Shown here: piece after piece, positions 1 through 9,859 of the stretch
Numbering within the stretch: position 1 is the first letter of the stretch
How the letters are laid out: every line of letters starts with the position of its first letter
DNA from: Candidatus Nanoarchaeia archaeon
Lineage (GTDB): Archaea; Nanobdellota; Nanobdellia; SCGC-AAA011-G17; JAUYJU01
DNA: 64,000 bases
Assembly: GCA_030700155.1 (NCBI GenBank)
Contig: JAUYJU010000027.1
Coordinates: forward strand, 147,066-211,065
Direction of reading: 5' to 3'
Made by a program: the position numbers and the translations under genes
The notes under the pieces: generated by a model
The model's database searches: none
What the model was told of the DNA's origin: nothing
Seen by the model: the letters and a program-made list of their open reading frames with translations, nothing else

Positions 1-706
1 ACATTTTCATAGCAATTGCTCTTTCAACAGCATCAATATTTCCTGCAGGAGGCTCACTCAAACCCATTAACATATGATGAGAAACAATTATTGGTTTTGC
101 ATAGCCCAGTTTATCAGCAACTTCTCTTGCAAGAACATTAACTTTTCTCTGATCCATTCCAAGTTGACATGCATCAGCTTTTAAGTAGAATATATCCGCA
201 GCCTGCATACATGGATATAATATCTGAGAAGCGTGTAAAACATCTTTTTCACTTCTGCCCATTATTTGGGAGGTTCTTATTATTCTTTGTAAGGTATTAT
301 GTCTTGCAACTTCCATAACTATCTTCCAATAATTATCATCTTTAACTAAATCAGAAGCCCAGATAAATTCAACATTTTTTAAATCCATTCCAGAAGCTTT
401 CCAAACTTCAATAAAATATTCTCCAACGGTTTGAATCTTCTTCAAATCACCATCCAGCTTATTATTGGCCCAGGCATGCCAATCTGCAACAAGCATTTTA
501 AATTTAAAGCCAGCTTTAGTCATCTTATTTATATTTATAGCCCTTAAGATTGCTTGAGCTATATGTATTTGCCCGCTGGGTTCAAATCCATCATAAGCTA
601 TTGGGGTCTTCTTTTTCTTCAATAAATCTTTTAGTTCTTCTTTAGTAATTATTTCTTCTCCAACTTCTTCTACAAGTTTTATCCTTAAATCAATATCCAT
701 AGTCAT
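1..706 (-). CDS. tyrS: Tyrosyl-tRNA synthetase, N-terminal part. The gene runs off the left edge and the C-terminus is outside the window
   Basis: My reverse-strand translation from the ATG at 706 gives MTMDIDLRIKLVEEVGEEI...AYDGFEPSGQIHIAQAI...LVADWHAW. The archaeal TyrRS signature GFEPSG-IH (HIGH region) is present. This ORF is not in the supplied track because it is truncated. Confidence 0.55.
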   Translation of the reverse strand, partial: MTMDIDLRIKLVEEVGEEIITKEELKDLLKKKKTPIAYDGFEPSGQIHIAQAILRAININKMTKAGFKFKMLVADWHAWANNKLDGDLKKIQTVGEYFIEVWKASGMDLKNVEFIWASDLVKDDNYWKIVMEVARHNTLQRIIRTSQIMGRSEKDVLHASQILYPCMQAADIFYLKADACQLGMDQRKVNVLAREVADKLGYAKPIIVSHHMLMGLSEPPAGNIDAVERAIAMKM

Positions 707-796
707 ATCTTTTATAGCATTATTTATATAGCTTTCCGTAAACTTTACGGAAATTTCTCAGTTACGCTTATTAAGTAACTTAAGTAAATTTATATA

Positions 797-1135
797 ATGG
801 AAGAAAAAACTATATTCAAATTAAGCCTAATATCCTCAATTATAGGCATTATTTTGATAATAGGTATAACAAATAGCTTAGAACCCCAGACTATCAAAAT
901 TTTAGATATAAATAGGGATTTATTAGATCAGCAGGTGAAGGTTTCAGGAAAAATTGACTCAATTATTAAAAAAGACAGTCTAACTATACTAAATGTAAAA
1001 GATGTAAAAACAATTCCCATCGTCCTATTTGAAAATGCAGACTTTAAAAAAGGATCAAAAGTAGAGGTTACTGGAAGGGTTTCTGAATTTCAAAAAGAAC
1101 TACAAATAACTGCTTCTTATATAAAAACAGTTTAA
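797..1135 (+). CDS. Membrane-anchored small protein with a possible OB-fold; hypothetical
   Basis: N-terminal TM helix (LSLISSIIGIILIIGI) followed by a beta-rich ~80 aa domain. Confidence 0.3.
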   Translation: MEEKTIFKLSLISSIIGIILIIGITNSLEPQTIKILDINRDLLDQQVKVSGKIDSIIKKDSLTILNVKDVKTIPIVLFENADFKKGSKVEVTGRVSEFQKELQITASYIKTV

Positions 1136-2019
1136 TAAACTCCAAGATCCTTTTCTTTTAAAGTGTTCTTATCAATAGTTTCAAATTCAGCATAATCTTC
1201 AAGTGATGGTTGTCCAAAACAGATATCATAATATTCACACTTTCCACCGTTCCATTTACATTTTCTATTGGGTTCCTCAGTTTTTGGATAATCTTCTAAT
1301 TTGTTTGAAACAGTTTTCTCTTTTATGTTTTCAATCTCTCCTTTAGCGTAATCCAACAAGTCTTTGCTAACATCTAAAAGAATTTCACTAACTCCATCGT
1401 AACTTACAAAATATATTCCAACCTTATTTGGTAATTTTCCATGTTCTTCAAAATATAATAAGGAATAGATTGCCAATTGTAATTTATAAGCATCATTCAT
1501 AGACGAATTAGAAGTTGTCTTATAATCCATAATTCTTACTTCATCACCTAAACTTTCAATAACATCAATAAAACCCTGCACCCTATAATATTCAGAGAAA
1601 TATTTTTTCTCTCTTAGGGGTTTAATCCTTTCAAACGCATCCTCAAAACCTTTATCCGTATACAATTTCAACCTATGTTTAAACAACTCAAACCAATTCA
1701 AAGCCATCAAAACTGCTTGTTCGAAATATTTCGCTATTTCTTCGTCCGTCAAAGCAAATTCTTTGATTACTTCCTCTTTCTCTTTCCAAAATTGAACGGT
1801 TAATTCTTGTAATTTACTTTTGAATACAGTTTCGTAATTATCAAAATCTAAATCTTTAGTCTCAAGATTGTAAATATTTTCTAAAACAGAATGAACAACA
1901 TTTCCCCTAATCATATGAATATTTGGCGGAGTAGGAAGCTTCTTTACATACCTATAAAAATACTTTCTGGCACAATAATTATACAGATTTATAGATGATG
2001 GTGATTCAATTCTTGTCAT
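1132..2019 (-). CDS. PD-(D/E)XK nuclease with a 4-Cys cluster, Cas4/RecB-exonuclease-like
   Basis: Motifs GFIDVI (motif II Asp), MDYKT (D/ExK), QLAIY (QxxxY), N-terminal Cys (YNYCARKY) and C-terminal CKWNGGKCEYYDIC, typical of Cas4/DUF83. No cas genes or CRISPR nearby. Confidence 0.55.
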   Translation of the reverse strand: MTRIESPSSINLYNYCARKYFYRYVKKLPTPPNIHMIRGNVVHSVLENIYNLETKDLDFDNYETVFKSKLQELTVQFWKEKEEVIKEFALTDEEIAKYFEQAVLMALNWFELFKHRLKLYTDKGFEDAFERIKPLREKKYFSEYYRVQGFIDVIESLGDEVRIMDYKTTSNSSMNDAYKLQLAIYSLLYFEEHGKLPNKVGIYFVSYDGVSEILLDVSKDLLDYAKGEIENIKEKTVSNKLEDYPKTEEPNRKCKWNGGKCEYYDICFGQPSLEDYAEFETIDKNTLKEKDLGVY

Positions 2020-2085
2020 TTTCGGAAGATTTCCGGATTTTTTCCAGAAAGTAATATTAATGCGTTTCTTTATTTAAAGAATTAT

Positions 2086-3285
2086 ATGCTACTAGAGATA
2101 TTTTCCGCAACCTTATTGGGCCTTCTTGCAGGCATCGTAACCGGCTTAGTTCCAGGAATACACATAAATTTAGTTGCTGTATTTCTGCTAAGTTTAGCTC
2201 CACTGCTTTTAGAATTTTTTCAACCCATGACATTAGCCATTTTCATCGTTTCAATGTCAGTAAACCATACTTTCTTAGATACAATACCCTCAATTTTCTT
2301 GGGAGCCCCAGACCCAGATGCAGCATTATCTATTTTACCAGGGCACCAATTATTATTAGAAGGTAAAGGTTACGAAGCAGTGGCTTTAACGATCATAGGT
2401 TCTTTTTTTAGCCTTATTATTGCTTTAATCCTAACACCACTTATTATTTTAGTTTCAAGGTTTATCTATCCGCTAATACAAAGTAAAATAGGTTGGATCT
2501 TAATTGTAGCTTGTTTACTTTTAATCATTAAAGAAAGGGGTTCAAAACTACTTGCACTAGTTTTATTTTTTCTTTCTGGAACTTTGGGAATAGCTATATT
2601 AAACTCAACCATTAAAGATCCACTATTTCCACTTTTCTCCGGTTTATTTGGAATATCTTCATTAATATTAAGTTTAAATTCAAAAACTGAATTACCTCTA
2701 CAAGAGATAACCTTCCCAGTACTAGAAAAAATTCAAACGATAAAATCATTAACACTTTCAATAATAACTGGAATCTGTTCAGCATTTACTCCTGGATTAG
2801 GACCAAGTCAAGCAGCCGCATTATCTACAACATTTTTTAAAAATTTAAAATCAAAATATTTTTTAATTATCATTGGAGGATTATCAACTATAAATATGGT
2901 AGTTGGTTTCATAGCACTCTATACTATCAATAAAGCAAGAAATGGTTCAGTAATTGCTATTTCAAAACTAATCCAAACGTTCACTTTTAATGATTTAATC
3001 TTACTATTATCTGTAACACTCTTTGTTGGAGGCATAGCAACGATATTAGCTTTGAGTATAACTAAAATATTCTCAAAATTTGTAGAAAGAGTAAATTACA
3101 AAAAATTGTGCATCAGCATTATTCTGCTTATCACTGCACTAACCTTAATTTTAAGTGGTCCATTAGGTCTGCTTGTACTTACCACCTCAACCCTGCTTGG
3201 AATGATTCCTCAAACAAGCACAGTACAAAGGCATCACTTAATGGGCTGCTTATTATTACCTGTTATTTTATTTTTTATACTCTAG
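2086..3285 (+). CDS. Polytopic membrane protein, TctA/DUF112-like
   Basis: About 10 predicted TM segments and a duplicated G-x-x-PG-x-G motif (GLVPGIH, FTPGLGP). Confidence 0.4.
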   Translation: MLLEIFSATLLGLLAGIVTGLVPGIHINLVAVFLLSLAPLLLEFFQPMTLAIFIVSMSVNHTFLDTIPSIFLGAPDPDAALSILPGHQLLLEGKGYEAVALTIIGSFFSLIIALILTPLIILVSRFIYPLIQSKIGWILIVACLLLIIKERGSKLLALVLFFLSGTLGIAILNSTIKDPLFPLFSGLFGISSLILSLNSKTELPLQEITFPVLEKIQTIKSLTLSIITGICSAFTPGLGPSQAAALSTTFFKNLKSKYFLIIIGGLSTINMVVGFIALYTINKARNGSVIAISKLIQTFTFNDLILLLSVTLFVGGIATILALSITKIFSKFVERVNYKKLCISIILLITALTLILSGPLGLLVLTTSTLLGMIPQTSTVQRHHLMGCLLLPVILFFIL

Positions 3286-6200
3286 CCAAACCACTTAACT
3301 AATCCTTCTTGTTTTTCTGGATCTTTTCCAAATACACTCTCAACCATTTCCTTAACCAATTCTAAACTTTGTTTTAAGTAAGCCGGTAAGTCATATTTTT
3401 TAGCAAGTTCTAAGCTGGGTTCTAAATATTTTACAACAGAGCCTTCAGCAACAGTAAATAATATCTTCCCACCACAATCACAAACTCCAGCAAGTGGCGG
3501 TCTCCTAAACTTCTCATTGCATTTCACACACCTAAACTCTTGTGTTGAGAACTTTCTTAAATTACCACGTATATCTCTTATGAAATGCCTCTCAATAACT
3601 AATCGTGCAACATCAGATTCATCAACAGCCCTTAATTTTTCAGCTATCGCCATTTGTCCTAAAACCTTTTCCTGCATAGTAGGTATTGATTTATATGCAG
3701 AACATAAAACTCCAGCATTTATGTCTGTGGTATCGTGAGTAAATCCAAAATCTGTGAATTGTTTATCAGACCCTAATAAATCTTTAACAATTGGGATTTT
3801 AACCTCCCAAGGACCTTTATATGCTAAAGCGGCTTCATATAGTTCTAAAGGATATTTAAAAGCTACATCCATATTGAAAACCATGTCATCAGCTTCTTTT
3901 GGAGTTAAAACAGAAGTCAAAACTAAGGGTTCATCTTGTTTGGCTCCACGATGCGCAGGCAAATATTTCTTTGAAAAATTCAAAAATGCATCCATCACCA
4001 ACATTATTCCAGCTTCATCGCCGTCACATCGAGTATTGATTATCTGATCTCCCCAAAGGATATTCCTATCTTCTTTACTCTTCCAATCTATCTCAACACA
4101 ATAAGAATTTTTATCATCTTCGACAATTTCAACTTTCTTAACATAATCTGCAAAGTAATCTGAAGCAGAAATCAAAGGAACTTGCTTATTGTTAAATTTG
4201 GTAAATCTCCCAACAGAATCCCTAATCATCAATAAAGAATCTTTCTTTGCAGTTCCACATTTCAGTAGATGATCTCGTAGTAAGCTGGCATCTTGTCCAG
4301 AAATAATTAAGTGGTGCAAAACGTGTTTCTTTGGTTCTTTATTTAGTCTTTTGTAAATATCTAAAACTGTTTTTCCGGGTAGTCTTGGTTTTGTTTTTAA
4401 ATATCTGCTAACTATGTTCAATTTAAGTAAGAGTAGCGCAATATCTTCAAGTAATGAATGACTGACCGAATAGAAGGCAATTAAATTTCTTGCGGTATTG
4501 ACTGTTCCATCTCCTTCAAAATAAGAGGCTAAAAAACTAAGGAGGTTCTGTTCATTTAAAGAAAACATAAAACTGGGGACTCTTTTATCATAAGCATTCT
4601 TCCCGGCACCAGTGGCCTTTAAAAGCAAATATAATAATTTATTAGTTATAGTAATCCTGCCATCAACTGCTTTTAAATTCTTATAATCAAAAAGAACATT
4701 CAATGAATTGATTAGCTTATCCTGCATTTTTTTATCGAACATTCTAAAGCTTACTTGACTCACCCATTTATTCGTCCTAGAGTACCCTTCAGAAAGATAA
4801 TAACCTAACATCTCACAAAATTCCTTAGTTATCTTAAGGTGCCTATCCAATTCAAATTCGCTAAATTTACATCTCAACTTTAAATCTCCAACATTTAGCT
4901 GTAGTTTTTCATAATCTTGTAAAGTTACATATTTGCTCCATCTTTGTAGCTCAGTAATCTCCCTTCCAAGAATCTGACAAAGTTTCTTTTTCCCAACGGA
5001 TTTTGCAAAATTATAAAAATCATAACTTTCAGAAGCAACTAAAATTTGTCTTTTCTCTGCATCTGACAACTTTTCAATAAATAGTTTAACCAAATCTATA
5101 CTTCCTTTCTGTTTAATTGGAATATTCAACTTATCAGAAACCGCAACTTTATCTCCAACTTTTGCATCAATCGCCTCTTTAAATTTAAAAGTTTTTGAAT
5201 CTTCACTCAAGTACATAAATTTATGAGTTGGCGTCATTACATATTCTCTATTTGTAGCAGTAGTAACTTTTACCCATTTTTTAGTTAAAGGTCCTTTGAC
5301 AAAATACTTAATTTTTTTATAGACTAATTCTCTTGTATCTGGATCAATTCCTAATGCAAACAAACATTTTTTACATTCCACTTTTAAAGTGCCAACGCCA
5401 TCAATCACTGAAGTTTTAGCCCCCTCTTTAAGTAAGTTTTCAACATAAGCACCAATATCTTCGTTCAATAACTCTTCTTTATCACAATCATAATAGACAA
5501 ATTTAGTTTTCGGATGTACACAATCTCTTCTCATCATAGAGTGTAAATAAGGGTGCGCATAAAATCCCTGTGTTTTTGAAAAACCAATAATTCTGCATAC
5601 AATTGCCGCGGTGGTGTGTGGACTTAATCCTAAAGCCAAATGTCCAACCAAGTCTAATTTATTCTTTAGTTTATAATAAGGTGGTAAATTATATACTTTA
5701 ATAAGAAGTTCATCAATGAAGTTACAAACTCTAAACAAAACTTCAGCTGCGTTCTCTTCTAAACTGTCTGGACAAGCAGGTAATACAATATCCTGGGGCT
5801 TGATAACTAAAATTTGTTCATCATTTTCTAAAGGCTTTCCATATACATCCTTAATGTAACCTAATTCCTTCAATCTCTGCACAGAAGTTCCAATTTCTTT
5901 TGGTTTGAAGTGGGTTATAGTTGTTTCAGTCATGTCATATCTTATTGTTCCATCTTTATTGACGTACAAATTATGTTTAGCCCTTAAAATTCCTTTAACT
6001 AATTGCTCTGGTACATGGCCCTCATTACTAGTTCCCCTTACCCCCTTTATTAATTCTGGATAAGTGTTTGTCTCTAGTTTCAAAAGTGCCCTATTAAAAT
6101 AATGATTAATGTCTAATTTCTTTTTTGAATAAGAAAAAGTTTTTTCATGGCAATTTTTATTTTCTGTTTTTTTATTACATATGGCACAGAAAAATAATTG

Positions 6201-8216
6201 TTTACATTTTACCTCGCACACTTCACAAGAACGATAAACCGTCTCTTCATTACAAGAAGGACAAAGATACATAGGGAATTGAGAAGTTACAGCTCCTTTT
6301 TCAAGAGCCTCCTGAAAACACCTTAACCTTCCGCCTTCATTTCCAACCGGAAATAAAACTTGTGGGCTGCCAGTTAGTTTTCTCATTTTTGCTTTTTCTG
6401 GTCTTCCCATTCTTGCACCAATATAAGTGCCACACTTATCCCTTATTTTTAAACCGGGGTTTAATGCCTCAAGAACTTTCTCCTTGTCTAATCTTAAATT
6501 AGTCAGGCTGGCCTTAAGAGCAATCGCCCAATCACCATCTACAACAATATACTCATTTGTAGCAAGAATATGTGGAACCCCTAATAACTCAAGTGTTCTT
6601 TTTGGATCGGCATCAATATCACTCTGCATGTCAAAAGTAAAGGGCATAACAATTTTATCTTCATTTATTGCACTTTTCTCAACAAGTTCAACTAAAGTTT
6701 TTAATTGTCTGATATTAATTGCATCCCAATGGAAAGTATACCTTGGGTGTAATGGGACCCCATATTTTTCAGAAATTTCTATTGACTCCTTGGCAGTTAA
6801 TTTGGTTTTATGAACCTCAGAAATTAAAGATTTAACTTTATTATTAGTCTCTTTGCCCCGTGTGGCTTTCTCCAATTCGGCAGAATACCACTCTTCATTA
6901 TAACCGGCTGGAACAAGAACATGACCCCTATCTAAAAAATCACCATAGTTAATTAATAGGTCTCCTAAATAAATTATTTCTTCAACATCTTTTACAACTT
7001 GTTTTGCTGCATCTTCTGTTTCTAAAAAAGCAACATTTCCATTTTTTAATTTCACAATTGGACCTTCAATGGTATCACAAACAGCAAGCACAGTAGCTTT
7101 TCCAGGTCTTTCTGTTTTAAGTTGGCTGCCAATCGCCAAAAAATTGTCTAGAACGACCATTGTGGCGGGATGTATTGCTTGAGAAGAGAAACCAGAAGTT
7201 CTTGCTCTCCCATATCTCAATCTAAAACCCCCTTTAGCCATAGGGTGTGTAAATACTGGTCTTCCAGCAACAAGGTCTTTAATAAAAGTAAAATCTGGTT
7301 TTATTTTAACATCGCTTTTTTCTTGAGTTTTACCTTTAGATTTCAGTTGTTTCTGTTTTTCTACAAAATCCCCCATAAATTGCCAATCTTCCATATCAAA
7401 ATCTTTGTTCCACTTCGAAAATCTTGACCAGAATTTTGCAGCTTTTTGTGTCAGCCCTTCAGCAATGACTAAACACACCCCATTTCTTAATCTATCAGTC
7501 TCTACCCTGGGTAATCTTTTATAATTAGTAACTTCAAGTTTTTCAGATGGATCTCCATTAATTTGTACTGGTAATTTGCTAACCATTAGTCTGATTTCTT
7601 CTTCACTTGGCAAATATTGTAAATTCGTAATTCTCTCATGGAAATCTGATAGTTCTGTAACAAATCTTTCAATTTCATCGTGTGTGGGGTCATAAGGAGC
7701 ATAGCCCATCTTTCTCCTAACATAATCACACAAGGCTACAAATGCGCACGTGGCTGTCGTACCTGCACTTCTTATTGGTCCAGAAAAATATAATGAAAAA
7801 AAATCTTTGCCCTCTTTTGTTTTTTTAAATTCTAACCTTGAAAAACCTTCTAATGGTGAAGCTACAACCCCATTTGTGAGATAAGCCATGGCAATTCTTA
7901 AACCAACTTCTATTGCCTCTTTTTCACTTTCAAATTTACAAAATTTTTGTTGTGCAACTTCATGAGCAATTACAAAACCAACTCTCCAATCTTGAGTACC
8001 ATACTCTTTCTCTAATTCTATAAGCCTTTCAGAAATACCACAGCCTTTAACTTGGGGGGCAACTGTAGAAATCAAACCCTCTACCCTCTCAAAAACATTT
8101 TTAGCAAGAGTTATGTCTACAAAATCTTCAGGATCAAAACCCTTTAACTTGGCTTTATTAGCCAGGTCATAAGCTTCAGTTACTTGCTTTTCTATTTCCT
8201 CAAAGTATTCTTTCAT
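3282..8216 (-). CDS. polD2: DNA polymerase II (PolD) large subunit DP2, containing an intein
   Basis: 1644 aa with a C4 zinc finger (CPSCNEETVYRSCEVCEVKC). The catalytic-region motif RRD...CDGDEAGIMLVMDAFLNFS is split by an intein. The ATG overlaps the DP1 stop (ATGA). Confidence 0.85.
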   Translation of the reverse strand: MKEYFEEIEKQVTEAYDLANKAKLKGFDPEDFVDITLAKNVFERVEGLISTVAPQVKGCGISERLIELEKEYGTQDWRVGFVIAHEVAQQKFCKFESEKEAIEVGLRIAMAYLTNGVVASPLEGFSRLEFKKTKEGKDFFSLYFSGPIRSAGTTATCAFVALCDYVRRKMGYAPYDPTHDEIERFVTELSDFHERITNLQYLPSEEEIRLMVSKLPVQINGDPSEKLEVTNYKRLPRVETDRLRNGVCLVIAEGLTQKAAKFWSRFSKWNKDFDMEDWQFMGDFVEKQKQLKSKGKTQEKSDVKIKPDFTFIKDLVAGRPVFTHPMAKGGFRLRYGRARTSGFSSQAIHPATMVVLDNFLAIGSQLKTERPGKATVLAVCDTIEGPIVKLKNGNVAFLETEDAAKQVVKDVEEIIYLGDLLINYGDFLDRGHVLVPAGYNEEWYSAELEKATRGKETNNKVKSLISEVHKTKLTAKESIEISEKYGVPLHPRYTFHWDAINIRQLKTLVELVEKSAINEDKIVMPFTFDMQSDIDADPKRTLELLGVPHILATNEYIVVDGDWAIALKASLTNLRLDKEKVLEALNPGLKIRDKCGTYIGARMGRPEKAKMRKLTGSPQVLFPVGNEGGRLRCFQEALEKGAVTSQFPMYLCPSCNEETVYRSCEVCEVKCKQLFFCAICNKKTENKNCHEKTFSYSKKKLDINHYFNRALLKLETNTYPELIKGVRGTSNEGHVPEQLVKGILRAKHNLYVNKDGTIRYDMTETTITHFKPKEIGTSVQRLKELGYIKDVYGKPLENDEQILVIKPQDIVLPACPDSLEENAAEVLFRVCNFIDELLIKVYNLPPYYKLKNKLDLVGHLALGLSPHTTAAIVCRIIGFSKTQGFYAHPYLHSMMRRDCVHPKTKFVYYDCDKEELLNEDIGAYVENLLKEGAKTSVIDGVGTLKVECKKCLFALGIDPDTRELVYKKIKYFVKGPLTKKWVKVTTATNREYVMTPTHKFMYLSEDSKTFKFKEAIDAKVGDKVAVSDKLNIPIKQKGSIDLVKLFIEKLSDAEKRQILVASESYDFYNFAKSVGKKKLCQILGREITELQRWSKYVTLQDYEKLQLNVGDLKLRCKFSEFELDRHLKITKEFCEMLGYYLSEGYSRTNKWVSQVSFRMFDKKMQDKLINSLNVLFDYKNLKAVDGRITITNKLLYLLLKATGAGKNAYDKRVPSFMFSLNEQNLLSFLASYFEGDGTVNTARNLIAFYSVSHSLLEDIALLLLKLNIVSRYLKTKPRLPGKTVLDIYKRLNKEPKKHVLHHLIISGQDASLLRDHLLKCGTAKKDSLLMIRDSVGRFTKFNNKQVPLISASDYFADYVKKVEIVEDDKNSYCVEIDWKSKEDRNILWGDQIINTRCDGDEAGIMLVMDAFLNFSKKYLPAHRGAKQDEPLVLTSVLTPKEADDMVFNMDVAFKYPLELYEAALAYKGPWEVKIPIVKDLLGSDKQFTDFGFTHDTTDINAGVLCSAYKSIPTMQEKVLGQMAIAEKLRAVDESDVARLVIERHFIRDIRGNLRKFSTQEFRCVKCNEKFRRPPLAGVCDCGGKILFTVAEGSVVKYLEPSLELAKKYDLPAYLKQSLELVKEMVESVFGKDPEKQEGLVKWFG
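4035..5522 (-). mobile_element. Intein with a LAGLIDADG homing-endonuclease domain inside DP2, about residues 899-1394
   Basis: N-terminal Cys (codon 5522..5520) follows extein ...HSMMRRD. Block B TPTHKF. LAGLIDADG motifs YYLSEGYSRT and FLASYFEGDGTV. Block F SYCVEID. The terminal Asn (codon 4037..4035, ...ILWGDQIIN) is followed by T-R-CDGDE. The exact C-terminal junction is uncertain. Confidence 0.7.
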
Positions 8217-9859
8217 TTTTCCTCTTCATTAAAACTAAGCATCTTAACTTGTCTTGATTTTAAATTAAATAAAACAACTTTACTCTTGTCAGGTTGAATC
8301 CCATATTTTTCCTGCATAGATGTTTGATCTTGCCAGCAACCACAACAAATATTGATAACCCCATTATAACTGCCAACACTGGCCTTATGCATATGCCCCG
8401 AAACAAAAATATCTGGAATTTTATCAATTACTAAAGCGTCCTCTTCTGGATCAGGAATTATCTGTGCAGAACCGTGGGTTGGAGCCAAATGTCTTTTCTT
8501 TAATAAAAATTTCATTATTGCGTCTACATTTTGTCCGTTAAATGAATTCCTCACACTCTCAACGTTCTCCATATAATGATGAAAACTATATCCGTGGTAG
8601 AGTAAGATATCAAACCCCTTGAAGTTCTCAGAAGCATGTATGTTAACAACACCAGGATTACTTACTACAGTTAAATTAGGTAAACTTGTGAACGATTTCG
8701 CATAATTATTAAATGCTGGTTGTGGTTCAGCAAGCCTTAACGAATCGTGATTTCCAGGACAAACAATCATTTGTATATCTTTCCTTACCTTGCTGAAAAT
8801 TTCCGCGCAAAGTTCATATTGCTGTACGACATCTTTAACTGCGAGATCTTGATCTTGTTTGGGATAAATGCCGACGCCATCAATTATGTCTCCCGCCATT
8901 ATCAAATACTTAACTTTAGTGGCTATTTTTCTTTGGCTTGAGTCTCCAACTTCTCCATTAAGCCAACTAACGAATTTTTTAAGATCATTTATTAAACACA
9001 ACTCACTTCCAATTTGTAAATCAGAAATGAAAGCAGCATAGACCTCGTCTTCAGATTTTTTGATCTCTTGATTCATTATGTCTGGAAAAATTATTTGGTT
9101 TGCAAAAATTATCTCATTACCATAAAATCCCTTTATACCTATAACCTCGTCCTCGCAAATATCTTCTCCAAGTTGCATTAGCTCTGGATAGTTTTGGCTT
9201 ATTAGTACGCTTATTTTACCTGTTGGATCTTCCAAACTTAAAAGAAGGTTCCCATTTTTAGTTTTTGATTTTGAATATACCAAGCCAATTATGCTTGTTT
9301 CTTCTCTTGTAGTTTTAGATAGCACCCTATTAATGGAAGTTACCTCTTGCATTTCTTGTCTAGATTGTAATATTTTTCTTATTGCCTCATATCTATTCTT
9401 AAAATACTGCACAAAATCATTAAGTTCACGTTTTTTTGTTTTATCTTTGTAAGATTTAACAACTATAACGCTTGTAGAAGAAGCTTCTGGTGTTTCAACT
9501 TCCAGTTTTGTTTCTGGCGTTTCAACTTCCTTTAATATAGCATTCAATTTCTTGGTTTTTTTGTTGTCAACATTATAGTTCAACAAGTCTAAGAAAGTCC
9601 CATATATCTTTTCATCCTTTCCTTTCTCATGGTATACTCTTGATTTTTCAAATTCATACCAATTAATATCTACAACATTACTTCCTTGATTAAAAGCATT
9701 ATACAAATCTTTATTCAAAACTAAAGGCCTCTCTTTTGTAGAAACTCTTGCAGAGAAATCCTCTATAAATCCAGATTCATCAAAGTTAGCGGTCTCAAAA
9801 ATATCAGGACTAATTAAATATCCCCTATCCAATAATCTGGCTACATCCTCTTTTTTCAT
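8213..9859 (-). CDS. polD1: DNA polymerase II (PolD) small subunit DP1
   Basis: Calcineurin/Mre11-type phosphoesterase motifs IMAGDIIDGVG, VCPGNHD and SGHMHK. It sits directly upstream of DP2 and is coupled to cdc6 by an ATGA overlap. Confidence 0.85.
   Translation of the reverse strand: MKKEDVARLLDRGYLISPDIFETANFDESGFIEDFSARVSTKERPLVLNKDLYNAFNQGSNVVDINWYEFEKSRVYHEKGKDEKIYGTFLDLLNYNVDNKKTKKLNAILKEVETPETKLEVETPEASSTSVIVVKSYKDKTKKRELNDFVQYFKNRYEAIRKILQSRQEMQEVTSINRVLSKTTREETSIIGLVYSKSKTKNGNLLLSLEDPTGKISVLISQNYPELMQLGEDICEDEVIGIKGFYGNEIIFANQIIFPDIMNQEIKKSEDEVYAAFISDLQIGSELCLINDLKKFVSWLNGEVGDSSQRKIATKVKYLIMAGDIIDGVGIYPKQDQDLAVKDVVQQYELCAEIFSKVRKDIQMIVCPGNHDSLRLAEPQPAFNNYAKSFTSLPNLTVVSNPGVVNIHASENFKGFDILLYHGYSFHHYMENVESVRNSFNGQNVDAIMKFLLKKRHLAPTHGSAQIIPDPEEDALVIDKIPDIFVSGHMHKASVGSYNGVINICCGCWQDQTSMQEKYGIQPDKSKVVLFNLKSRQVKMLSFNEEEK

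Noticed and set aside
1132-2019. Interpreting the Cas4-like nuclease as evidence of a CRISPR-Cas locus
   Set aside because: There is no repeat array and no other cas genes in the window. Solo Cas4/RecB-family nucleases are common outside CRISPR loci.
3517-7427. Plus-strand ORFs 3517..3738, 3754..4047, 6427..6813 and 7170..7427
   Set aside because: All are embedded antisense within the well-supported DP2 polymerase gene. They have low-complexity, Ser/Leu-rich translations typical of antisense frames.
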